Part shown: positions 15,275 through 22,694 of the stretch, piece after piece
Layout of the letters: the number at the start of each line of letters is the position of its first letter
Position numbering within the stretch: position 1 is the stretch's first letter
Source: Bdellovibrionota bacterium
GTDB taxonomy: Bacteria; Bdellovibrionota_C; UBA2361
NCBI GenBank assembly: GCA_044352465.1
Contig: JBILDU010000043.1
Location: 1 to 22,694 of the forward strand
Length of the DNA stretch: 22,694 nucleotides
Direction: 5' to 3'
Notes under the pieces: model-generated
What the model saw: the letters and a program-made list of their open reading frames with translations, nothing else
The model's database searches: none
Told to the model about the DNA's origin: nothing
Translations under genes and position numbers: made by a program

Positions 15275-17467
15275 CTACGGCTCTACTTCGTTTGTCACCG
15301 CGGAGATCGAGGGTTCAAAGCGGTGTAATGTTGCTCGTTGTTTCCCCGCCCGAAATACGGTTGGCATAATGGCTCCTTCGCGAGCAACGAGCGAGCCGAG
15401 GAAGAATTCAAATGAGTCCACTCGGAGTAGAAACGGTAGGGTAGACCCCCGGTCCTTCTCACTGAGAAGATATACCGTGTACCCGAGTGCCTGAGCTTCT
15501 GCCATGAGGGCGCGCAGTGGCTCTCCGGTCAGGTTGCGACGCGAATAGGTAATCGTGGGAATACCAAATGATATTTGGAGCGGTGTCGTGAGTTCGACCC
15601 GGGCAAAGTTCACTTCATCAACGAAGATGAGCGACCTTGGGCCCACGGTCGCGGCGAGCCGCTTTAACTCAGCATAGAGCTCGCCGGCCTCAGTGGCGCG
15701 AGCCTGCGCCCAGGAGAAGGGCAGCATACAGGCGAGGGCGAGAGTGACGAGGGCACCACGGAGGGCCGCGGACGCTTTCCCTTGACGAAGTTGCACCGTC
15801 TCGAGCCCGAGGGCTCCGAGGAGGATCGCGACAGGCACCAACGTTGGTACCAGGTAGCGCCCAAAGTAGTAGAGATACGGCGCGGTAGTTTGCTTTCCGA
15901 CGAGCGCGAGGGCGAGCCCCATCGCGGTGAGGCAAAGAAGCGCCGCGCGTGGGGATGTTGGCGCCCGGCGGAGGCAACGAATCCACCCGAGAGCGGCTAG
16001 GAGGACGACGACGGGCGAGACAAAGAAGGTGAGAACAATCGACGTAAGGTGTTTGAGTGACCATACCCCGTGACCGGAGAGGTTCCACCGTTGCCCGATC
16101 CATCGGTTCGCAGCGTAGTGGTCGGTATACCCCAAGCGCCATCCTTTGAGCGCGAGGTAGCTCCCAAAAGCCCCCAACGCGAGTATTCCGCAGGTCGCGA
16201 GCAACCGCTTCGTCGGGCGGAAGTTTAGTATGCAACGCGGGAACTTGCCGTTGATCCGTGGGGTGAAGATAAGGGGTAGGATTGAAGCGAATAGCACCGC
16301 GCTACTCAGCAGCGTTGGATGGTCGACAACAAGGTCGAGCGCGGTGTTGGGGAGTCCGATTTTCGACCATATCGCCATTGAGTACGGCCGGCTCCAGGTT
16401 AGTCCGTGGTAAAGGCTCCACAGAAAAAGGGTAAGTGTGACGACCCACCCAACAAGAGGGATCCGGTATCCTCCCCGATACGCGGCGAGGAACAGCGCGG
16501 GATAGAGGGGGATGAGGAAGATAAAGCCGGTGATATGGGTGAAGAAGAACAGTCCGGCGAATACAGCCCCGAAGATTACCTCTGGAAGACGTGAGAGCCG
16601 GCCGAATGAGAAAAAATAGAGTGAGCTCAAAAAGAAGAGCGATGTCGTGACCTCCGACACCGGAAACCGCGCAAAATAGGCATAGGCGGGACTTACGGCA
16701 AGCAGAAGGGTTCCGACGAAGGGGGTCCACTTTCCCCTCGAGATATCAACGAGCAGGAGGTAGAAAACCGCGAGGCAGAGAAGCCCAAATATGAACAAGA
16801 TACTCGTAGTATTCTCGCCGCCAAGAGTAAGATTGCTGAACGCCATCCAGATCGAATGGAGGTGGTAAAACTGCGGCGTGATTTCCGAGGGTGCTATCCC
16901 GCGGAGATAGAAGCCCGGCTGAAAGGATCCGCGGCAGCCCCCATCGGGCTTACACGCCATCGCTCGATACGACTCCTTGAAGTAAAGCTTTCCAAGGGCC
17001 GTATCTCTTTTCGACAGCGGCTCAGCGAGAGGGTCGACGATGGTGAGCTCCCCACGAAGCGCCAGGGAATTAGCGATGTTGACGTAGACACCTGGGTCTT
17101 GCCCGCCACGCACATAGTTCATCGTGGGATAGCGGAACGCGGCCCCGATGGCGAGGCAAACGAGTAACGGAATAAGTTGGACCTGGTGGGGCTGATGAGA
17201 GGAGGCGGTAACGGCAGTGCGTCTTTCGACGAGCACAAGGAGCCCTAAGAGAGCCGCAATTCCTCCGCTCAGTCCAGCGACGATCCACTCGACGCGAAAG
17301 TGATTGCTCTCGACCAAGACTATTCCGACAAAGGAGGGCAGGATGAGTGCGAGGAGAGCGATCTCAATAACGCCACGGGGGGAGAGCAGGGGGACGCCCC
17401 GTCGGGCGAGGCGTGCCAAGAGCGCGCCGCTGAGCAGGGATAGAAATGCGAATGCGACGAAAACCAT
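15275..17467 (-). CDS. Multi-TM GT-C-like (ArnT/PMT family) membrane glycosyltransferase
   Basis: Many TM helices, a first large loop with GGQDPGVY, PQFYHLHSIW, LLAVSP..YFARFPVSE, RYLVP, and a soluble C-terminal domain. Confidence 0.7.
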   Translation of the reverse strand: MVFVAFAFLSLLSGALLARLARRGVPLLSPRGVIEIALLALILPSFVGIVLVESNHFRVEWIVAGLSGGIAALLGLLVLVERRTAVTASSHQPHQVQLIPLLVCLAIGAAFRYPTMNYVRGGQDPGVYVNIANSLALRGELTIVDPLAEPLSKRDTALGKLYFKESYRAMACKPDGGCRGSFQPGFYLRGIAPSEITPQFYHLHSIWMAFSNLTLGGENTTSILFIFGLLCLAVFYLLLVDISRGKWTPFVGTLLLAVSPAYAYFARFPVSEVTTSLFFLSSLYFFSFGRLSRLPEVIFGAVFAGLFFFTHITGFIFLIPLYPALFLAAYRGGYRIPLVGWVVTLTLFLWSLYHGLTWSRPYSMAIWSKIGLPNTALDLVVDHPTLLSSAVLFASILPLIFTPRINGKFPRCILNFRPTKRLLATCGILALGAFGSYLALKGWRLGYTDHYAANRWIGQRWNLSGHGVWSLKHLTSIVLTFFVSPVVVLLAALGWIRCLRRAPTSPRAALLCLTAMGLALALVGKQTTAPYLYYFGRYLVPTLVPVAILLGALGLETVQLRQGKASAALRGALVTLALACMLPFSWAQARATEAGELYAELKRLAATVGPRSLIFVDEVNFARVELTTPLQISFGIPTITYSRRNLTGEPLRALMAEAQALGYTVYLLSEKDRGSTLPFLLRVDSFEFFLGSLVAREGAIMPTVFRAGKQRATLHRFEPSISAVTNEVEP

Positions 17468-17601
17468 TCTACTTTAACTGTCCGTGAGGAGCCGGAGTCC
17501 GAGCCGGGTCCGGTAGTAGGATCGGGGGAGCCATTTCCCCGTCTCCCAGTGTTTCCCGGGGGATACGGGGAGTCAAGCGGGTAGGCGCGGCGGGGGGCTT
17601 T

Positions 17602-17630
17602 TTGCCCTGGGGCGGTTTCCGAGCTATTAT
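17602..17630 (+). promoter_or_regulatory. Putative sigma70 promoter for the GT4-GT2-DASS-HAD operon
   Basis: TTGCCC (17602-17607), 17-nt spacer, TATTAT (17625-17630), about 60 nt upstream of ATG 17692. Confidence 0.45.
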
Positions 17631-17691
17631 CCGCCTCGGCTTCAGGGCCGGGGCGGTAGCCCTCTTTTACTCGACTCAACACGGGAGTTCG

Positions 17692-18837
17692 ATGTCGCGC
17701 ATTCTCTTTGTCCTCGATGAGCTGTTCCCGGTTCGTGGGGCACCCCAGGTGAGGATAAAGAATCTCATGGCCGCTTTGCCCGACTGGACAGTCCGTGGAG
17801 TCGGCGGCCAGCATGCGCCCGGAGATGCGCCGTCGGAGTTTTACCTCCTCGATCGTCCAGCGGAGCGTCGCCCACTGGCGTTCGTGCTGTTTCTTCGACG
17901 GTTAGGGGCGGCAGCAGTTCGAGTTGCCCGTCAAGAACGCCCTGACGTCGTTGTAGTCTCAGTGCCGAAGTACGAGATGCTCGCGATAGCTCCGCGTCTC
18001 AAGAGGAATACGGGGCGGCTTATCCTTGACTTCCGCGACTCGCTTGCTTTTCTTGATTATGGTGCCTACCTCGCCCATTTCCTGCCGACGTTCGTAGCTC
18101 ATCCAGTGGGGCGTATTTTCTCTCGGCTCAATCGATTGCTCCAGCGCAGAGCGATCGCCGCGGCCGATGTCGTTACGGTAGCCAACGAGGGAATTAAAGC
18201 GACGGTGGATCATCCGCAGGTGGTCGTCGTACCCAATGGGGTCGACACGGAGTCGTTTCGCCCAGAGGGCAAGCGGTGGTTCGATGGGACTCGCCCGTTG
18301 AGGCTCGTCTATCTCGGAAATTTCGCGGAGAAAGATCGCTTTGAATGGCTAGAGGCCTTTGAGGGGCGCACGGACATTGAGCTGCATCTCATCGGAGATG
18401 GGCGAAATCGTGAGAGGGTCGTCGCCAATCTGGTTGGTCTGAATGTGGTTGTCCACGGAGTCGTCCCCCATGAGAAGCTTCCTGCGCTTCTCGCTCAGAT
18501 GGATCTGGGGTTTATTTTTCGCGACAAGGGGGTCGATCAGTCAATTCCCGTTTGCCTCTTTGAGTTCACCGCGATGAATATCCCCTCGATCTGTAACGAC
18601 ACTGGTCTCATGGCGCATTTTGTGCGGGAACGTGATATAGGCTTTGTCGTTGAGGGGGTTGATGAGCTCAAAGGGCTCATCAACCGTATCGTTCGGGACC
18701 CCCGCGATTTTAGCCGGTATCGGTGCCTTCACGAAGTTGCTGAAAGATCGTTCTCGCTCAGCGCTAGCCGCGAGATTTTTCGGCAGTTGATTGCAGGGAA
18801 TGCGGCGACTACAGCTCAAGCGGAGAACGGGGCGTGA
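17692..18837 (+). CDS. Glycosyltransferase family 4 (GT-B fold)
   Basis: MSRILFV, ILDFRD, VVPNGVDTESF, LVYLGNF..KD, LHLIGDG, IPVCLFEFTAMNIP. ATG 17692 with GGGAG RBS at 17683-17687. Confidence 0.88.
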   Translation: MSRILFVLDELFPVRGAPQVRIKNLMAALPDWTVRGVGGQHAPGDAPSEFYLLDRPAERRPLAFVLFLRRLGAAAVRVARQERPDVVVVSVPKYEMLAIAPRLKRNTGRLILDFRDSLAFLDYGAYLAHFLPTFVAHPVGRIFSRLNRLLQRRAIAAADVVTVANEGIKATVDHPQVVVVPNGVDTESFRPEGKRWFDGTRPLRLVYLGNFAEKDRFEWLEAFEGRTDIELHLIGDGRNRERVVANLVGLNVVVHGVVPHEKLPALLAQMDLGFIFRDKGVDQSIPVCLFEFTAMNIPSICNDTGLMAHFVRERDIGFVVEGVDELKGLINRIVRDPRDFSRYRCLHEVAERSFSLSASREIFRQLIAGNAATTAQAENGA

Positions 18838-19874
18838 AACTTATCATTCAGATACCGTGCTTTAACGAGGAAAAGACGCTGCCGTCTGTTTTTGAGGGGA
18901 TGCCCCGCTCAATCCGGGGCATCGATACGATCGAGTATCAGATTATCGACGACGGTTCGACCGATCGTACGGTGGAGGTCGCACAGGCTCTCGGAGTTCA
19001 CCATGTGGTGACTGCCGGACGCCGTAATCGTCGCTGGCTCGGTCGAGCATTTCGGCTTGGGGTTGATAATGCCTTGGCACACGGTGCTGATATCGTCGTG
19101 AACACCGACGGTGATAATCAGTATCCTTCACATCTGATTGATTCGCTCGTACGGCCGATCCTCGAGGGGAAGGCTGATATCGTCATCGGTGACCGCGCTC
19201 CCGGTAAGGTCAAAGAGTTTTCATGGCTGAAGCGGAAACTCCAGGTTTTCGGCAGCGGAGTTATTCAGTTCCTCACCGGTTCGGAAGTGCGCGATGCGGT
19301 GAGCGGATTTCGCGCCTATAGCCGCGAGGCGCTGCTGAAGATCCACGTGCTCACGAACTACACCTATACGGTTGATACGCTGATTCAGGCCCACAAGAAG
19401 GGACTCGATATAGAGTGGGTGCCGATTACGACGAATCCCAAGACGCGCGAGTCCCGGCTCATTAAGAGTCTTTTTTCGAAGGTGCGAAAATCGGGCGCGA
19501 CGATCGTCCGACTGGTGACTCTCTACGATCCGTTTCGGACCTTTTTGTGGTTCTCGCTGGTTTTCGCGATCCCTGGATTGTTTCTCTTGGCGCGATTTTT
19601 CTTCTTTTACGTCGTCTTGAGCGGCGTAGGCACGGGGCTTGTACAATCAGTTGTCGTGGGTGGAGTTTTGCTCGTCATCGCGGTGCAGATGTTTGTGCTA
19701 GGAATACTGGCCGATCTGCTTTCGGCGAACCGCACCCTTATAGAGGATCTTCTCGGGAGGATTCGTAAGCTTGAGCTACGTGGTTTAAGAGGTGAGGACT
19801 CCCCCATAAAAGCAGATTCTCAGGAGGGGCCCCGCTCGGACTGTCCCCCAGGTAAGATCGATGGCGGGAGCTGA
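18834..19874 (+). CDS. GT2, DPM1/GtrB-like polyprenol-phosphate glycosyltransferase with two C-terminal TM helices
   Basis: LIIQIPCFNEE, IDDGSTDRT, NTDGDNQY, DIVIGDR, DAVSGFRAYSR and two C-terminal hydrophobic helices. GTGA start/stop overlap with GT4. Confidence 0.9.
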   Translation: MKLIIQIPCFNEEKTLPSVFEGMPRSIRGIDTIEYQIIDDGSTDRTVEVAQALGVHHVVTAGRRNRRWLGRAFRLGVDNALAHGADIVVNTDGDNQYPSHLIDSLVRPILEGKADIVIGDRAPGKVKEFSWLKRKLQVFGSGVIQFLTGSEVRDAVSGFRAYSREALLKIHVLTNYTYTVDTLIQAHKKGLDIEWVPITTNPKTRESRLIKSLFSKVRKSGATIVRLVTLYDPFRTFLWFSLVFAIPGLFLLARFFFFYVVLSGVGTGLVQSVVVGGVLLVIAVQMFVLGILADLLSANRTLIEDLLGRIRKLELRGLRGEDSPIKADSQEGPRSDCPPGKIDGGS

Positions 19875-21330
19875 GTCCCTCGAGGGGCCGCTCCTCACCC
19901 CGCGAAAGCTACTCCTGGTTGTTGGCATTATTATTGGCCCGTATCTTGGCCTTAGCGCCTTGGGTGTCCCCCTGGCTGGTCCCTTTGGAGTTGCTCTAAC
20001 GACGGTCGCCCTCTGGATGACCGAGCTTTTGCCTGTTCCCGTCACCGCGCTCTTGGTGCCACTTCTCTCGATTCTGCTGGGCGTCTCAACGGTCAAACAG
20101 GCCTTTGCCCCCTTCGGTAATGAGATACTTGCCCTTTTCCTGGGCTGCTTTCTTTTGAGTGAGGCGATGCGGCGGCATGGCTTCGATAAGCGCCTGGCGG
20201 CCGCTATCATTGGAGGATATGCCGGCCGACTCTCCGGACGGTCGCTCAGTGTCCTTATGACTGGGACGGCGTTTCTCCTCAGTATGTGGATGTCCAACAC
20301 GGCGGCGACTATTATTGTGGTCGCGATAATTGGCGGCTTTATGAGTGAGGTCGCCGCCCGCATCGCTGACGACGGCATCGTCCGAACGCTGCGGCTGCGC
20401 CTGCTTCTCGGGGCGGCTTTTGGTGCCAGTGTGGGCGGAATCGCCACGCCGATAGGTTCTCCCCCTAACCTTATCGCCGTGGAGCAATTAAAAGCCATCG
20501 GAATCGAGGTTGCTTTTCTCGACTGGCTGATGACACTTGGGCCCCTGGCAGTTCTGATCTTGTTCTTGTTGTTGTTGATTTTCGAGATACGCTTTCCCCT
20601 CCCAACGCTCGATCTATCGTGGGCACGGGAGGAGTTTCGTCGGGCGCTCCGGATTCGTGGTCCGATGTCGGGAGCTGAGTGGATTGTTGGGGCAGCATTT
20701 GTGGCCGCGGTGATTCTTTGGATCGTGCCCGATGGGCTTGCTGCGCTTTTTCCCGAAAGCGCCTTCATTGCGGAGGCGAAGAGGCGCCTGTCTTTAGGAA
20801 CTGTGGGCTTATTGGCGGGCCTCCTCCTATTTCTGATTCCTTACCGTCGTGAGGGGCGGTGGCGCCCCACGTTACGATGGAACGAGACGCGCGGTATCGA
20901 GTGGGGGACGATCCTCCTTTTCGGTGGGGGGCTCGCCTTGGGTGAGATGCTTGAGCGCACCGGTGCTGCCAGGGCGGTAGGTGAGTTCATCGTCGGGCTC
21001 GGGCTGACTGACCCAGTGGTGGTACTGTTCGTCTTTGTTTTGCTCGCGGTGGTGCTCTCGGAATTCGCGTCTAATACCGCAGCGGCGGCTATCGTCCTTC
21101 CGCTCATCGTCGGATTTGCCGAGAGCTTCCCCGCGATGCAGGGGAGCGAGCGTGATTTTATCCTGGCGGCGACCGTAGGGGCGAGCTTCGGTTTTATGTT
21201 GCCGGTATCAACTCCCCCCAATGCGATTGTTTTTGCGACCGGCCATGTGCCGGCGCGTGTGCTGATGCGCACGGGAGTATGGTTTGATCTCTTGGGGATT
21301 CTCCTCGCGGTCGGTTATTTTATCCTGTAG
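19861..21330 (+). CDS. DASS/SLC13 family divalent anion:Na+ symporter
   Basis: LWMTELLP, SMWMSNTAAT and SEFASNTAAA (two SNT motifs), TPIGSPPN, WGTILLFGGGLALG, MLPVSTPPNAIVF. Overlaps the GT2 stop by 14 nt. Confidence 0.92.
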   Translation: MAGAESLEGPLLTPRKLLLVVGIIIGPYLGLSALGVPLAGPFGVALTTVALWMTELLPVPVTALLVPLLSILLGVSTVKQAFAPFGNEILALFLGCFLLSEAMRRHGFDKRLAAAIIGGYAGRLSGRSLSVLMTGTAFLLSMWMSNTAATIIVVAIIGGFMSEVAARIADDGIVRTLRLRLLLGAAFGASVGGIATPIGSPPNLIAVEQLKAIGIEVAFLDWLMTLGPLAVLILFLLLLIFEIRFPLPTLDLSWAREEFRRALRIRGPMSGAEWIVGAAFVAAVILWIVPDGLAALFPESAFIAEAKRRLSLGTVGLLAGLLLFLIPYRREGRWRPTLRWNETRGIEWGTILLFGGGLALGEMLERTGAARAVGEFIVGLGLTDPVVVLFVFVLLAVVLSEFASNTAAAAIVLPLIVGFAESFPAMQGSERDFILAATVGASFGFMLPVSTPPNAIVFATGHVPARVLMRTGVWFDLLGILLAVGYFIL

Positions 21331-21339
21331 AATCGAGGT

Positions 21340-21975
21340 ATGCAAAGGTTTGACGCAGTCCTTTTTGATTTAGGTGGGGTGCTGATCGATCTCGACTGGG
21401 CGGGAACAACCGCAGCCTTTCGAGCGCTCGTGCCGTCTGAGTCTCGTGACCGAGCTGACCGGGTCTTCGCGGAGATTTTTCAGTATCCTGCCCTCCATCG
21501 CTACGAGCGAGGAGAGATAGCCTGGGAGGATTTCCGTCAGCAGCTTGCGTCTGATACCGGTCTTATCGCCAACGAAACGGATTTCTTGGCGGCATGGAAT
21601 CAGATGATCGGAGATTTTCCGCGTCAGCGGATCGAGCGATTGGCTGAGCTTAAGCAGCGGTATCGCCTCGGGCTCCTCAGCAACACCAACGAACGCCACG
21701 TCGATTGTGTGAACGGATACCTGCGTGAAAAACATGCGATTCAGAGTCTTGATTCACTCTTTCACGTGCCGCTCTATTCCCACCTGGTGGGGATGCGAAA
21801 GCCTGAGCCCCGCATTTATCGCCATGCGGCTCAAGCGCTCGGAGTCGATCCGGAGAGAATTTTGTTTATCGATGATGTCGAAGGGAACGCCGGGGCTGCG
21901 ACCGCTGCTGGTCTCCACGGTTACCACCTGGACTTGGAGCGAGAGACTCTGTTTGAAGTTTTACGGGGATTATAG
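21340..21975 (+). CDS. HAD-superfamily phosphatase (YihX-like, subfamily IA)
   Basis: FDLGGVLID motif I, LLSNTN motif II, GMRKPE motif III, LFIDD motif IV. GAGG upstream. Confidence 0.9.
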   Translation: MQRFDAVLFDLGGVLIDLDWAGTTAAFRALVPSESRDRADRVFAEIFQYPALHRYERGEIAWEDFRQQLASDTGLIANETDFLAAWNQMIGDFPRQRIERLAELKQRYRLGLLSNTNERHVDCVNGYLREKHAIQSLDSLFHVPLYSHLVGMRKPEPRIYRHAAQALGVDPERILFIDDVEGNAGAATAAGLHGYHLDLERETLFEVLRGL

Positions 21976-21982
21976 GACGGGC

Positions 21983-22474
21983 GTGAGCCGTGATGTTTCC
22001 CTACGCCCTTCAGCGCGGTGCGTTCCTCTGAGCTTACTCGCGGGAGCGGTGCTGGCTCTCGGCTGTGTTGTTCCGTGGGCTGCATTCGCCGAATGCGTCG
22101 GGGATAATTGTGCGGCGAGCCTCGAGGCGATACAGGGGTGTTGTCATTGTGTGGATGAACCGTGCTCCACCGGGGTGTTAATGAGCGCCTTTTGCGGAGC
22201 CCCTGATGGTGTTCGTTGCGCGAGCGGTGGGTGTGATGGGTGCGTCATCTCCAAGCCGATCCCGTTTCGATGCGATGACCTCTGTTCTCGGCTCGGCGTG
22301 ATCGCGATGCAACTTTGCGACCAAGGTGTTCTGGGGGGATGCCCCCCAGCGAAGAAACGAGTTTGTCGTCCCGCAGTTGGTGAAGTTGGATGTAGCAGTC
22401 GGCGTGCCTTTGTTCAGGGTTGCCCGGTGGCGGTTGAATGTCGGTGTCCACGGGTGACCGTAACGTGCGAATAG
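21983..22474 (+). CDS. Secreted cysteine-rich hypothetical protein
   Basis: GTG at 21983 with AGGA at 21974-21977, 7 nt after the HAD stop. Signal-peptide-like LSLLAGAVLALGCVVPWAAFA, then a 127-aa mature region with 20 Cys. The upstream part of the tracked ORF (from 21725) overlaps HAD and is rejected. Confidence 0.65.
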   Translation: MSRDVSLRPSARCVPLSLLAGAVLALGCVVPWAAFAECVGDNCAASLEAIQGCCHCVDEPCSTGVLMSAFCGAPDGVRCASGGCDGCVISKPIPFRCDDLCSRLGVIAMQLCDQGVLGGCPPAKKRVCRPAVGEVGCSSRRAFVQGCPVAVECRCPRVTVTCE

Positions 22475-22694
22475 ATGAGGCTCGGGGTTGTCGCCTGGCG
22501 CGAAGGGTATCTTGAGGGGGGCTGATTAAGGTCTCCTATCCATGAGATACTGTTGAGGTAGGGGGGCGAGCGACTGGCTATTCCTTCTCGGTTTAGCCCG
22601 GCACCTCGTTCGCAGCCCCCAGAGTTTGAAGGCGAATAAGCCGGCCCGGTTTTTCAGGTGAATTGAGTCATGCACAGCTCTCCTCTATCGTTTT

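Noticed and set aside
19785..20768. 327-aa minus-strand ORF and similar long antisense or alternate-frame ORFs across the window
   Set aside because: They overlap well-supported genes and are typical shadows in GC-rich coding DNA.
22670..22694. Possible start of a next gene (ATG CAC AGC..., MHSSPLSF)
   Set aside because: Only 8 codons are visible at the window edge, which is not enough to support a call.
1..22694. CRISPR arrays, tRNA/rRNA, IS elements, integrases or long tandem repeats
   Set aside because: None were recognised on reading the intergenic regions and ORFs. Weak or short elements could be missed without computational scans.

Overview
Bacterial chromosomal window, moderately GC-rich and gene-dense. 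I see no rRNA, tRNA, CRISPR array, transposase or integrase. In order: a CpdA/Icc-like metallophosphoesterase (minus strand, runs off the left edge, absent from the ORF track) is divergent from a 665-aa fusion of a guanylate-kinase/PhnN-like P-loop kinase and an AbiEii/MenT-family nucleotidyltransferase. Next come a gpsA-glpD tandem (both glycerol-3-phosphate dehydrogenase types, no adjacent glpK), a secreted DUF5666-like protein, and a first glycan cluster (LPG-synthase-TM/flippase-like protein, SAM-methyltransferase-like protein, GT2). Then greB with a TPR protein, a stand-alone receiver protein, a hypothetical protein, serA and Mn-type sodA. Last is a second glycan cluster: a GT-C-like membrane transferase divergent from a GT4-GT2-DASS transporter-HAD phosphatase-Cys-rich secreted protein operon. 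The best candidate for an undescribed system is the kinase-nucleotidyltransferase fusion (no antitoxin gene nearby) together with its divergent phosphoesterase, which has His-to-Tyr changes in two motifs. All family calls come from motif recognition by eye; no database search was run.
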